Shown: positions 1 through 9,906, counted from the first letter of the stretch. The stretch is 64,000 bases of DNA from Bacteroidales bacterium (GCA_047638115.1 JBLJBB010000058.1:29830-93829), one strand, 5' to 3'. Notes: generated by a model from the sequence alone, not told the origin. Program-made: numbers and translations.

Positions 1-408
1 CCAGCTATCATTCAACCACAATCCGTTCAAATAAATTCAAAAGTTGAAAATATTCCAAATAAACAAGTTTCATCTAATTCATCAGTTATGGTACCCCAAA
101 ATATAGATCCAATAATTGAAGAACAAGATTTACCTGAAACGAAACCTATTAAAATAACTATTCCGAATATTTTCACACCCAATGGGGATGGATATAATGA
201 TTATTTTGTAATTGAAGGGATTGAGGAGTGCAAAGAACCAAAATTGTATATTAAATCCAAGAGTGGTCAATTAGTGTATCAATCTACGAATTATCAAAAT
301 GATTGGAATGGAGAAAATTGTAATGACGGAATATATATGTACTATTTTACATATAAGATCAATAATATAGAAGAAAAAATGACAGGAAGAGTAATTATCA
401 AAAGATAA
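1..408 (+). CDS. T9SS type B (gliding motility-associated, CHU_C) C-terminal domain protein, 5' truncated by window edge
   Basis: Frame is open from base 1; IPNIFTPNGDGYNDYF...WNG...GIYMY...GRVIIKR is the type B CTD signature. Confidence 0.85.
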   Translation, partial: PAIIQPQSVQINSKVENIPNKQVSSNSSVMVPQNIDPIIEEQDLPETKPIKITIPNIFTPNGDGYNDYFVIEGIEECKEPKLYIKSKSGQLVYQSTNYQNDWNGENCNDGIYMYYFTYKINNIEEKMTGRVIIKR

Positions 409-930
409 TTACTCTTTTATACCCAATATTATTTTAACTTTAGGACCAATATCTTCTCCATTTTTATGGAGAAGTGTAGAGGAATCAAAAATATATGTAA
501 AACTATCTGCTTTAGCTACTGTAGCAATTGCTTCAATTAAAAGATTTTGAAAAGGTTTAAGAAGTTCGAGTTGTTTTTTTTGAATCTCTTCCTCCATATA
601 AGCTGAAAAATTTTCAATTCTTTCATATTTTTTCATTAATTCATCTTCATTAATTTTGAGACGAGCAGGTGAGATATTTGGAGTTGAAGCGAGTTTGTCA
701 TACTCTTCTTTCAGTTTTTTAAACTCTTCAGCCATTTTTTCTCCTTCCAATTTGAACCCATTAGAAAACTCTTCAAGAGCAATTTGAGCTGTGTCGACAC
801 CCGGAATTAGACGGATAATTTCACCATAGTTTATGTGTCCAAATTTGGTTTTATTTTGAGCAAAACTCAAAGAAGAGAATCCAACAAGTAGAATAAAGAG
901 TGCAATAAATTTAAATTTCATGATAGACAT
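409..930 (-). CDS. OmpH/Skp family outer membrane chaperone (third copy)
   Basis: Signal peptide, KFGHIN, coiled coil, AIATVAKADSFTYIFD. Confidence 0.85.
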   Translation of the reverse strand: MSIMKFKFIALFILLVGFSSLSFAQNKTKFGHINYGEIIRLIPGVDTAQIALEEFSNGFKLEGEKMAEEFKKLKEEYDKLASTPNISPARLKINEDELMKKYERIENFSAYMEEEIQKKQLELLKPFQNLLIEAIATVAKADSFTYIFDSSTLLHKNGEDIGPKVKIILGIKE

Positions 931-943
931 TTTTTTAGTGTTT

Positions 944-1441
944 CTATTTAATTCCCAATTTGGCTTTTACTAAAGGTGTAATATCTTCTCCACCAGAGTA
1001 CAATAGTATTTGAGTATCAAATATATATGTAAATCCTTTTTCTTTAGCAACGTCATCAATAGCTTTTTGAAGTTTGTCTTGATATGGTTTTAACAAGATG
1101 AATTGTTTCTCCTCGATGTCAGTTTGAACATTATTTTGAAACTCTACAATTCTATTTTGTAACGTATATAACTCATCTTCTTTCATTTTTCTAACAGAAG
1201 AGGTCATTGTACCAGCTTGTTTGTCAAAAGCATCTTTTTTGTTATTAAACTCATCAACCATTGTTTGATATGTGGTTTGCAATTCTTGTTGAAATTCTTG
1301 AATTTTTATTTGAAGTGAATCAATTCCAGGCATTGATTTCATAACTTCTTGAGAATTAATATGGCCATATTTCCCTTGAGCATTTGTAGAGATGGTAGCA
1401 ATACAGAAGATTGCAAAAAACATTAAAATTGTCTTTTTCAT
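944..1441 (-). CDS. OmpH/Skp family outer membrane chaperone
   Basis: KYGHINSQEV, AIDDVAKEKGFTYIFD, DITPLVKAKLG. Confidence 0.9.
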   Translation of the reverse strand: MKKTILMFFAIFCIATISTNAQGKYGHINSQEVMKSMPGIDSLQIKIQEFQQELQTTYQTMVDEFNNKKDAFDKQAGTMTSSVRKMKEDELYTLQNRIVEFQNNVQTDIEEKQFILLKPYQDKLQKAIDDVAKEKGFTYIFDTQILLYSGGEDITPLVKAKLGIK

Positions 1442-1477
1442 AAATTTAAAAATTGTTGTTTATATTTTAATAATGGA

Positions 1478-1996
1478 TTACTTTGGTGTGATACCCAGTT
1501 TTTCTAGAATTGGGTCATTAATATCGAATTTTTGATCTGCGTAAACAATGGTCATTGATCCTGAAACATCGAATACAAATGCATAACCTTTCTCTTTAGC
1601 ATACTCTTCAATGGCAGTAAAAACTCTATCTTGGATAGGTTTTACAAGCTCTTCTCTTTTCTTAAAAAGGTCACCATCTTTTCCAAAACGTTTTTTTTGT
1701 AAATTTTTTGCTTCTTGTTCAGCATTCATGATTGTTTCTTCTCGATTTTTCTTTAAATTTTCAGGAAGTGTAATGGCCTCAACTTGATAATTTTTGTACA
1801 TTGAATCGATAGATTTGAATTTTGCTTCAATCTCTTTTTGCCAAACAGCGGCTATTCTATCTAATTCTGCTTGTGCTTCATTATATTCAGGGATGTTTCC
1901 TAAAATATATTGAGAATCAATGTAAGCGTATTTTTGAGCAAAAACAGGCATGGAAACTAAAATAGCAAAAAATGCAATTAAAATGGTTTTTTTCAT
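1478..1996 (-). CDS. OmpH/Skp family outer membrane chaperone
   Basis: QKYAYIDSQYIL, KRFGKDGDLFKKREELVKPIQDRV; follows bamA. Confidence 0.92.
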   Translation of the reverse strand: MKKTILIAFFAILVSMPVFAQKYAYIDSQYILGNIPEYNEAQAELDRIAAVWQKEIEAKFKSIDSMYKNYQVEAITLPENLKKNREETIMNAEQEAKNLQKKRFGKDGDLFKKREELVKPIQDRVFTAIEEYAKEKGYAFVFDVSGSMTIVYADQKFDINDPILEKLGITPK

Positions 1997-2053
1997 AGTT
2001 ATAAAATTTAAAGTTTAATCATTAGACTATAAAAACTTTGATTTGTTAAATGT

Positions 2054-4684
2054 TTAATCAATGGACTGATTTATAGAAATATGGAATTGACTTTTTCCTG
2101 CATTTGCTGTACCAGGAACAGCATCAAAACCGTAACCCCAGTCAAATCCAAGAAGGCCAAACATTGGTAAAAAGATTCTAACACCAACACCAGCAGATTT
2201 ATACATATTAAATGGTGAGTACTGTCTTGGATCAAGCCATGCTTTTCCAGCTTCTGCAAATGTTAATAAGTAAATTGTAGCACTAGGATTTAAAGAGATC
2301 GGATATCTTAATTCAGCAGTAAATTTATTAAAAATAGTACCCCCAATATAATCGGAATTTGCTTTAGGAGTAAGTGCAGATTCTTCATATCCTCTCATCC
2401 CAATAACTTCACGTCCATCAAGTTGCCAAGTTGCTAAACCATCTCCACCTAAATAAAATCTTTCAAATGGGGAGGGACCAATACCACTATTGTAATGACC
2501 CATAAAACCTGATTTAAGTCTAACATTAAGTACAAGATTTTCAACAATCTTAGTGAACCAAGAAACATTAAACTTCCATTTGTGCATCTCTAACCATTTA
2601 TATTTGTCCTGTGGGTCTAAAGTGGAATAGTTTTTGTTGGAAAACAATGAATAAGGAGGTGTTAATTGAACGGAGAAGAGAATATCTGAGCCCTCTCTTG
2701 GGTATATAGGTGCATTTACAGAACTTCTTCCTAACGAGAAAGTATAACTCAAATTATTAGCATATCCATCTGAGAACACAAACAATGAACCATAGTTTTC
2801 AACTTGATATCTTTGGTAAAGTAAGGTGTGTGAAACTTGAAAATAATCATCAGGCCACTTAATTTTTTTAGAAAAAGTGGATGAGGCACTTAAAACTTTC
2901 AAAGCTCTATAACTATTATCTCCTTTAATAAAGCCATTACTTTGCACTTGATAAGTAAGAGCCGTTGTTAAAGAATTTGGTTTTTTTCCACCTACCCAAG
3001 GTTCAGTAAATGAAAATACGTAGTATTGATAGTATTTTTGTGTAACAGAAGCTCTTAAGGATAATCGTTGTCCATCCCCCCCAGGGACTGGAGTCCAGGC
3101 CTCTTTTTTAAACATTTTCTTAAATGAAAAATTATTAAAAGTAACACCTGCACTTAAAATAAGACCAATGGATTGTCCGCTATACCCTAAAGAGAGTTCT
3201 AATTGATCAGATAATGCTTCTTCAACAGTGTATGTTAAGTCAACAGTTCCATCAGCTTCATTAGGTTTTGGCACAACATTCATAGATTCTTGATTAAAAT
3301 AACCTAAAGAAAGGAGCACTTGTTGGGTTCTAATCAAATCTGCTCTATTAAAAAGCTGACCAGGAATTGTTGTTACTTCCCTTAAAATTACATTATCGCT
3401 AGTTTTAGTATTACCTGAAACTGAAATTCTATTGTATAATGCTTGTTTTCCTTCTCTAATTCTAATTTCGATATCAATGGAATCGTTTTCAATGAATACT
3501 TCTACTGGCATTGCATTAAAAAACAAATAACCATCATTCATGTATAATGAACTAATGTCGTTACCACTTTCATTGGCAGTAAGGTTTGTCATTAATCTTG
3601 TTTGATTATACACATCACCTTTTGAAATATTTAAAAGTTGAAACAATAGTTCGGAGTTATATTTTGTATTACCTGCAAAGCTTATATTTCTGAAATGGTA
3701 TTTATTTCCCTCATCTACATATAAATAGATATTAGCTCTACCTTTAGAAAATGCAATAGAGTCTTTAACAATAAACGCATCTCGATATCCAAAGTCGTTG
3801 TATTTATTTATCAGACTTATTTTATCTTTTTCGTATTCTTCTTTAATAAATTTTGATGATTTAGTGATTCTGATTTTTACTCTATCTGAGAAGTAATCTT
3901 CTAAGTGTTCAAGTAAATCCTTAGATTTGTAATAATCTGGATTTTTAAAGAAAAAAGCAATTACAGTATCTGCTTTATAAAAAGGGGCAATTTTAGTCAT
4001 CTCTTTAGTACCTGACATAGACTTTTTAAGTTTACCAATAGAGACACCATTTGTTGCGCCAATAAAATTAATCTTTTCTATTTTAACTTTTCTATCTTTA
4101 TTGACATCAAAAACCAAGGTAACACCTCTGGAAATTTTCTCATCTTTTATTTCTTCAACATTTACAGAACAATTATAATACCCTTTATCAACATAAAACT
4201 TTCGTATCATATTGATACATGTTTGTTTCATATTATCGTTAACAATATTCCCTTGTGCTATTTTAATAAGATCACGAAGATCTGTTTCTTCAGTTTTTCT
4301 AGTCCCTTTAAAACCAAATGAGACCAATCTGGCTCGCTCTGTAAGATGAACGTTAAAGAAGATGAGATCACCAACGATATTTGTAACAGTTATATCAATA
4401 TCTTCATAAAGTCCTGTATTCCATATTCTTTTTATAGATTTTGAGATTTCATCACCAGGAACAGTAATGATATCACCAACACTGAAAAGGAGGTATCTAG
4501 GATCGAATGAATTAGACCCAGAGTTCGTAATTCCAGCAACTTCATATTTTTTTGGTATAGAGTAATCAAAAGTAAATGAAGGAGATTGTGTTTTTACAGT
4601 GGTGTCAATTTGACTGTAAATATTTGTATTACAAAATATTACAAAAGATATTACAAATAGTATTTTGGATAATAGGTTTGTCAT
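2054..4684 (-). CDS. bamA: Outer membrane protein assembly factor BamA
   Basis: POTRA repeats (ISVSGNTKTSDNVILRE), FYLGG..MRGY motif, C-terminal barrel GVGVRIFLPMFGLLGFDWGYG. Confidence 0.95.
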   Translation of the reverse strand: MTNLLSKILFVISFVIFCNTNIYSQIDTTVKTQSPSFTFDYSIPKKYEVAGITNSGSNSFDPRYLLFSVGDIITVPGDEISKSIKRIWNTGLYEDIDITVTNIVGDLIFFNVHLTERARLVSFGFKGTRKTEETDLRDLIKIAQGNIVNDNMKQTCINMIRKFYVDKGYYNCSVNVEEIKDEKISRGVTLVFDVNKDRKVKIEKINFIGATNGVSIGKLKKSMSGTKEMTKIAPFYKADTVIAFFFKNPDYYKSKDLLEHLEDYFSDRVKIRITKSSKFIKEEYEKDKISLINKYNDFGYRDAFIVKDSIAFSKGRANIYLYVDEGNKYHFRNISFAGNTKYNSELLFQLLNISKGDVYNQTRLMTNLTANESGNDISSLYMNDGYLFFNAMPVEVFIENDSIDIEIRIREGKQALYNRISVSGNTKTSDNVILREVTTIPGQLFNRADLIRTQQVLLSLGYFNQESMNVVPKPNEADGTVDLTYTVEEALSDQLELSLGYSGQSIGLILSAGVTFNNFSFKKMFKKEAWTPVPGGDGQRLSLRASVTQKYYQYYVFSFTEPWVGGKKPNSLTTALTYQVQSNGFIKGDNSYRALKVLSASSTFSKKIKWPDDYFQVSHTLLYQRYQVENYGSLFVFSDGYANNLSYTFSLGRSSVNAPIYPREGSDILFSVQLTPPYSLFSNKNYSTLDPQDKYKWLEMHKWKFNVSWFTKIVENLVLNVRLKSGFMGHYNSGIGPSPFERFYLGGDGLATWQLDGREVIGMRGYEESALTPKANSDYIGGTIFNKFTAELRYPISLNPSATIYLLTFAEAGKAWLDPRQYSPFNMYKSAGVGVRIFLPMFGLLGFDWGYGFDAVPGTANAGKSQFHISINQSID

Positions 4685-4705
4685 TTACTTTTAAAAATTA
4701 GCTGG

Positions 4706-4713
4706 CAAATATA
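4706..4713 (-). promoter_or_regulatory. Bacteroidota -7 promoter box (TATATTTG) for bamA
   Basis: Matches TAnnTTTG ~20 bp upstream of the bamA start. Confidence 0.55.
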
Positions 4714-4721
4714 GTAAAAAA

Positions 4722-5462
4722 TCATTGATTAATAAGCTGTTCAGATGTTTTTCCAAATCTTCTTTCTCGGTTATTGTATTCTTTGATAACGTTAAATAGA
4801 TCTTCTTTTCTAAAGTCAGGCCATAATATTGGGGAGAAAAAGAGTTCAGCATATGCAATTTGCCACAAAAGGAAATTGCTTATTCTTTGTTCTCTTCCAG
4901 TTCTCAGTAGAATGTCGGGATCAGGAATATGACTTGTATTGAGGTTTTTTTGTATAGTATCTTCATTGATTTGTTCTGGTGAGAGTGATCCATTTTTTAC
5001 TTGAATTGCAATTTTTTTAAGAGCATCTGTTAATTCCCATTTAGAACTATAGCTAAGAGCAAGAACCACTGTCAACCCTGTGTTATTTTGTGTAGTATTT
5101 ATGGCATCGAGGAGTTCTTCTTTGCATTCTAGGGGGAGTGAATTAAGATCTCCAATGGATAGAAGTCTAACTTTGTTTTTCATTAAGTTGTTTAATTCTA
5201 ATTTAATAGATTTAACGAGTAATGACATAAGAGCATCAACTTCCTCTTTAGGGCGACTCCAATTTTCGGTTGAGAATGCATAGAGGGTTAAATATTTAAC
5301 ACCAAATTCGCCAGCTCCTTCAATAACACTTCTTACGGATTCAACACCATTTTGGTGACCAAATACGCGATCTTTCCCATGTTCTATAGCCCATCTACCA
5401 TTCCCATCCATAATAATTGCTATATGGGTAGGAATTTTAGAAGTATCAATATTTTCTACCAC
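4722..5462 (-). CDS. uppS: Undecaprenyl diphosphate synthase (isoprenyl transferase)
   Basis: HIAIIMDGNGRWA, YAFSTENWSRP, RTGREQRISNFLLWQ. Confidence 0.97.
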   Translation of the reverse strand: MVENIDTSKIPTHIAIIMDGNGRWAIEHGKDRVFGHQNGVESVRSVIEGAGEFGVKYLTLYAFSTENWSRPKEEVDALMSLLVKSIKLELNNLMKNKVRLLSIGDLNSLPLECKEELLDAINTTQNNTGLTVVLALSYSSKWELTDALKKIAIQVKNGSLSPEQINEDTIQKNLNTSHIPDPDILLRTGREQRISNFLLWQIAYAELFFSPILWPDFRKEDLFNVIKEYNNRERRFGKTSEQLINQ

Positions 5463-6285
5463 TGTTATTTTTTTTAGGTTTTACATTATAGCGAATATTA
5501 CAAGAAGTATTTTCGTTACCAATTTTAAAAGTTGCTGTAAATACTGCAAAAGAGTACCAATCTTTCAAGTGTTCATTTCCTCTTTGGGTACCAGGTAGAT
5601 TTTTTATTTCAGCTCTATCAGCTAATTGAGCAACTATTTCTCCTTTTTGAGCAAGAAGTATATCTTGATCAAAATATACTCCACTAACATCATCTAGATA
5701 ATCCGTAAAAGTATATCTCATACCCCATTCAGCCCCAATTGAAACATATTTACCAATATTCCATTTTAAACCAATTCCAAAAGGGATAGCAACACTCACC
5801 AGACTATAAGGATTTAGATCTTGAGAGAGACCTTGTCCTTCTGTGCCTAAGCTTTGTAAGTCATACCATCTCCCATTTAATTCTGCTTGAGGATTAAAAG
5901 AGAAAGCGCTGATTCCTAAAAATATGTAAGGAGCAAAATGATTTCTGGCGGGAATATTGTAAAGATTAAAAAAATTAAGTTCTAATTGAGAGGATATCTC
6001 AGTGATTGGAGATTTAAAACTAAGGTTTCTAGCATAGTTATTATTATTTTCGGAATCGCTAGCTTTAACTTCAGCAAAGATAATATTTGCTTTAAGAGCC
6101 CATCTAGGGTTAAAGTTATATCGATATATGATTCCTCCACAAGGTTGAATGCTTGGGAAAAGCGAAGTTGGGTTTAAGTCACCTAGATAAAAAGATGTGC
6201 CAAACATTCCTCCAATTTCAGACTTTTGTGCGATGGAACTAAAGCCAAAGCAGCTCAAAAGCAATACGAAGATTAATTTTTTCAT
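5446..6285 (-). CDS. DUF6089 / PorG-like outer membrane beta-barrel protein
   Basis: Signal peptide, FYLGDLN, YTFTDYLDDVSG, QRGN..KDWY; conserved position upstream of uppS-bamA. Confidence 0.75.
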   Translation of the reverse strand: MKKLIFVLLLSCFGFSSIAQKSEIGGMFGTSFYLGDLNPTSLFPSIQPCGGIIYRYNFNPRWALKANIIFAEVKASDSENNNNYARNLSFKSPITEISSQLELNFFNLYNIPARNHFAPYIFLGISAFSFNPQAELNGRWYDLQSLGTEGQGLSQDLNPYSLVSVAIPFGIGLKWNIGKYVSIGAEWGMRYTFTDYLDDVSGVYFDQDILLAQKGEIVAQLADRAEIKNLPGTQRGNEHLKDWYSFAVFTATFKIGNENTSCNIRYNVKPKKNNSGRKY

Positions 6286-6303
6286 TCCTTATACTTTAAT
6301 GTG

Positions 6304-6311
6304 CAAAGATA
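6304..6311 (-). promoter_or_regulatory. -7 promoter box (TATCTTTG) for the porG-uppS-bamA-ompH operon
   Basis: TAnnTTTG consensus followed by CAC. Confidence 0.65.
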
Positions 6312-6347
6312 CAAATTAACGATAATATTTTGATATTATTTTATCAT

Positions 6348-6378
6348 AAAAAAGAAAGGGATTTTACTCCCTTCTTTT
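6348..6378 (-). terminator. Intrinsic terminator after rplT
   Basis: AGAAGGGA/TCCCTTTCT hairpin followed by a T run on the minus strand. Confidence 0.6.
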
Positions 6379-6418
6379 ATACTTGCATTAAACTCTATTA
6401 ATAAATATTGAAATAGAA

Positions 6419-6763
6419 CTATTTTACTAAATCAACGATGGCTTTGAATGCCGTTGGATTGTTCATTGCGAGGTCGGCGAGGGTTTTGCGATTAAGTTCA
6501 ATACCCTTCTTAGCTAAAGTACCCATAAATACTGAGTACGACATGCCATATTCGCGAACGCCCGCATTAATACGGGTAATCCACAAACTTCTGAATGCTC
6601 TTTTTTTGTTTTTACGATCACGGTAAGCATATTGTTGTCCTTTTTCCCAAGTATTCTTGGCAACGGTCCATACATTTTTGCGTTTTCCGAAGTACCCTTT
6701 GGTACGATTCAAAATCTTTTTTCTTCTTGCTTTTGAGGCAACGTGATTTACTGATCTTGGCAT
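6419..6763 (-). CDS. rplT: 50S ribosomal protein L20
   Basis: [16 protein letters not shown]...LWITRINAG...[10 protein letters not shown]. Confidence 0.99.
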   Translation of the reverse strand: MPRSVNHVASKARRKKILNRTKGYFGKRKNVWTVAKNTWEKGQQYAYRDRKNKKRAFRSLWITRINAGVREYGMSYSVFMGTLAKKGIELNRKTLADLAMNNPTAFKAIVDLVK

Positions 6764-6780
6764 AAATTCTCCTTTCTTTT

Positions 6781-6828
6781 TTACGTCAGCGGTTTACATC
6801 GTGTAAACACTTAAATGGCTGATAGTAA
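6781..6828 (-). ncRNA. Candidate structured cis-regulatory RNA between rpmI and rplT
   Basis: Nested stems TTAC..TCAGC/GCTGA.GTAA and GTTTACA/TGTAAAC directly upstream of an AAAGGAG SD; function inferred. Confidence 0.4.
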
Positions 6829-6845
6829 AGTTAATAATTATTTTT

Positions 6846-7043
6846 TTAACAAAGTCCCAACATTCTTTTGATGGTACTTTCCATGGTCTTATCTGCGATA
6901 GCACTATAAGTCAAATTACGTTTTCTCTTAGTAGATTTTTTCGTTAAAATGTGACTATGATAAGCATGGTGTCTTTTTACTTTACCGGTGCCTGTAAGAG
7001 TAAATCTCTTTTTAGCAGCGGATTTGGTTTTCATTTTTGGCAT
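6846..7043 (-). CDS. rpmI: 50S ribosomal protein L35
   Basis: [29 protein letters not shown]. Confidence 0.99.
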   Translation of the reverse strand: MPKMKTKSAAKKRFTLTGTGKVKRHHAYHSHILTKKSTKRKRNLTYSAIADKTMESTIKRMLGLC

Positions 7044-7092
7044 TTTGAAGTAGTTTTAAAATGTTAATATAATGAGTTATAATGCAATTTTA

Positions 7093-7650
7093 TTATTTTT
7101 TTGGAACAAGAATCATAATCATCCTTTTTCCTTCTAGTTTAGGCATACTTTCAACTTTTCCATAATCTTCCAACGCAGTGGCAAATTTTAAGAGGATAAG
7201 TTCACCTTGATCTTTATATACAATCATTCTTCCTTTAAAAAAGACATCGACTTTTACTTTACATCCATCTTTTAAAAATTTGATAGCATGATTCACCTTA
7301 AATTCAAAATCATGTTCATCAGTATGGGGTCCAAGTCGAATCTCTTTAATCACAATTTTTGCAGATTTTGCTTTGATCTCTTTCGCTTTTTTCTTTTGTT
7401 CGTAAAGGAATTTTTGATAATCCATTATTTTACAAACAGGTGGACTAGCTTGAGGAGAGATCTCCACTAAATCTAGATTTAAACGTTCAGCTATAGCAAG
7501 AGCATCTCTCAAATTTGTAATTTGAGGTTCTAAATTATCACCAACTAACCTTAAGGTTGAAGCGGTAATAAACTCGTTAATTTTGTGAAGAGCTTCTTTT
7601 TTTTGTGGTGCTCCTCTACGAATATACGGACGTTGAGTTTGCGTTGCGAT
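7093..7650 (-). CDS. infC: Translation initiation factor IF-3, non-canonical ATC start (ORF track start 7512 is too short)
   Basis: Frame extends upstream through HKINEFITASTLRLVG to ATC at 7650, preceded by AAAGGAGA; DLVEISPQASPPVCKIMDY. Confidence 0.93.
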   Translation of the reverse strand: MATQTQRPYIRRGAPQKKEALHKINEFITASTLRLVGDNLEPQITNLRDALAIAERLNLDLVEISPQASPPVCKIMDYQKFLYEQKKKAKEIKAKSAKIVIKEIRLGPHTDEHDFEFKVNHAIKFLKDGCKVKVDVFFKGRMIVYKDQGELILLKFATALEDYGKVESMPKLEGKRMIMILVPKK

Positions 7651-7707
7651 ATTTTTTCTCCTTTCTATTGGTTTCTAATCACTTTATTTATAATAAATTT
7701 AGGGGCG

Positions 7708-7715
7708 CAAAATTA
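7708..7715 (-). promoter_or_regulatory. -7 promoter box (TAATTTTG) for infC-rpmI-rplT
   Basis: TAnnTTTG consensus. Confidence 0.6.
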
Positions 7716-7838
7716 CAAAAAAAATCGATTCGTTTTGTATATATTATAAACTTTTTTTTTGAACCAAAAAATGGTTCATTAACATTGGTTTGTTTAAAAC
7801 TAGGTGGTTAAAATTGAAATATTCATATACTAATAATG

Positions 7839-7846
7839 TAACTTTG
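7839..7846 (+). promoter_or_regulatory. -7 promoter box (TAACTTTG) for the ddl operon
   Basis: TAnnTTTG consensus followed by CAC. Confidence 0.65.
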
Positions 7847-7865
7847 CACGTTAATATGAACTATT

Positions 7866-8849
7866 ATGATAACAGTTGCAATTTTTGCTGGCGGAAACTC
7901 AGGAGAACATGAGATTTCACTTAAGACAGGCCATAACATTCAAGAAATGTTAGACAAAACCATTTTTGAAACCTATTTCATTGTTGTTAAAGGTGTTAAT
8001 TGGTCATTTACAAATGAAAATGGGGAGACATTTTTGATTAATAAAGATAGTTTTACTCTTATAACCGAACAAAAAGTAGTCCACTTTGACGTTGTTTTTA
8101 ACGCCATTCATGGAGATCCAGGAGAAAATGGAAAGTTACAATCCTATTTTGAAATGATGAATATTCCATATACTGGTTGTGATAGTTTCTGCTCAGCACT
8201 AACATTCAATAAGTATTTCTGTAATATTGCTGTTGAAAAATTTGGAGTTCCAATTGCACCATCTATTCATTTTTTTAAAGATGAAAAAATCGATTTTAAT
8301 CAAATTATAGCCACTTGTGGCTTGCCTTGTTTTGTTAAGCCATGTAATTCTGGATCTAGTGTTGGTGTTAATAAAGCGCATAATTTAGAAGAATTAAAGG
8401 ATTTTATAAATATTGCATTTGATGTTGATGAGCAAATCATAATTGAAAAGTTTATACCAGGCAGAGAACTTACTTGTGGAGTTGCTAAGCTTAAAGGTGA
8501 TGTAAAAGCACTCGCTGTATCAGAAATATTAAGTTCTAAAGAGTTTTATGATTTTGAAGCTAAATATACTCCTGGGTTTCTGGAAGTAGTCACTCCTGCT
8601 AAGATTGATTATGATTTGGAAAATAAAATCAAACAATATTCTGAACTAATTTTTAAAAGATTTGGATGTAAAGGAGTTGTTAGGATAGATTATATCGTTA
8701 CTTCTGACAATATTCCCTATTTTTTAGAAGTAAATACAATACCGGGGCAAACTGCAGTTAGTTTGGTCCCCAGACAAATTAAATACAATCATATTGATCT
8801 CCAAGAGTTTTATGGTGCGTTAGTGTTTGAAGCAATCAATAAACAATAA
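7866..8849 (+). CDS. ddl: D-alanine--D-alanine ligase
   Basis: GGNSGEHEISL, HGDPGENG, FVKPCNSGSSVG, LEVNTIPG. Confidence 0.96.
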   Translation: MITVAIFAGGNSGEHEISLKTGHNIQEMLDKTIFETYFIVVKGVNWSFTNENGETFLINKDSFTLITEQKVVHFDVVFNAIHGDPGENGKLQSYFEMMNIPYTGCDSFCSALTFNKYFCNIAVEKFGVPIAPSIHFFKDEKIDFNQIIATCGLPCFVKPCNSGSSVGVNKAHNLEELKDFINIAFDVDEQIIIEKFIPGRELTCGVAKLKGDVKALAVSEILSSKEFYDFEAKYTPGFLEVVTPAKIDYDLENKIKQYSELIFKRFGCKGVVRIDYIVTSDNIPYFLEVNTIPGQTAVSLVPRQIKYNHIDLQEFYGALVFEAINKQ

Positions 8850-8859
8850 AAATAGAAAT

Positions 8860-9903
8860 ATGAAGAAAACATTACTAATTATTTTTTTATTCGGTGTTTG
8901 TAGAATTTATGCACAATATACAGAAAATGATATTAGAAACTATATTGAGCAATACAAAGAGTTAGCCATTTCAAAAATGTATGAGTTTAAAATTCCAGCA
9001 AGTATCACTATTGCACAAGGTATTTTTGAGAGTGCTTGTGGTACAAGTCGGTTAGCAAAAGAAGGAAATAATCACTTTGGAATAAAATGCCATAAAGAGT
9101 GGACTGGAGATACGATAAAAGTTGATGATGATGCTCTTCAAGAGTGTTTTAGAAAATATACTAATGTTGAAGAGTCTTTTGATGATCATTCAAATTTCTT
9201 GATTTCTCGCCCTAGATATTCAAATTTATTCACATTGGAAATAATGGATTATAAAGCTTGGGCTAAAGGATTAAAATCTGCAGGGTATGCTACAAATCCT
9301 AATTATGCTGAAAGGTTAATTAGTCTTATTGAAAGATTTAATATTGCAAAACTAGATACAATTTACCAAGAAAGATTGGGATCAGGGTGGTTTGAAAAGC
9401 CAAATCTTGCAATTACAGATGAAAATAAAGAGGAACCAAAAACTGAAATGAACTTGTTAAAAGATAAGGATGGTGTTGTATTTATTCCAGATTTATCTCA
9501 GTATAAAAAAGTAAATTATCCTTTTTCTAATAGACCTACCTACGAAAATAATAAAGTATTATTTGTTAAAGCTCAAAATGGGGATACTTACGCAAAAATT
9601 GCAAGAGATGTTCAAGCTGAAGAATCTGTAATAAGATATTATAATGATGTCCCAAAAGGAAGAGTATTGGTTGTGGGGGAAATCGTTTATATTGAAAAGA
9701 AAGCTCGTAATTGTTCAAAATACTCACATACTTTAGAAGAGGGCGAAACTTTACATTATATTTCACAAAAATATGGTATTAGAATATCTGAAATAATGAA
9801 AGCCAATAAACTTACCGAGAAATCTGTGGTTAAAGTGAATAGTATAATAAAATTAGGAAAACGAAAAAATCAATTTTTCAATAATTTGTTTAAAAGAAAA
9901 TAG
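8860..9903 (+). CDS. GH73 glucosaminidase/muramidase with C-terminal LysM domains
   Basis: Signal peptide from ATG 8860; ITIAQGIFES (catalytic Glu), NNHFGIKC, AGYATNPNY; LysM HTLEEGETLHYISQKYG. Confidence 0.92.
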   Translation: MKKTLLIIFLFGVCRIYAQYTENDIRNYIEQYKELAISKMYEFKIPASITIAQGIFESACGTSRLAKEGNNHFGIKCHKEWTGDTIKVDDDALQECFRKYTNVEESFDDHSNFLISRPRYSNLFTLEIMDYKAWAKGLKSAGYATNPNYAERLISLIERFNIAKLDTIYQERLGSGWFEKPNLAITDENKEEPKTEMNLLKDKDGVVFIPDLSQYKKVNYPFSNRPTYENNKVLFVKAQNGDTYAKIARDVQAEESVIRYYNDVPKGRVLVVGEIVYIEKKARNCSKYSHTLEEGETLHYISQKYGIRISEIMKANKLTEKSVVKVNSIIKLGKRKNQFFNNLFKRK

Positions 9904-9906
9904 ATA

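Noticed and set aside
7605-7811. 68 aa plus-strand ORF
   Set aside because: Antisense to the real infC 5' end and its promoter; no recognisable motif
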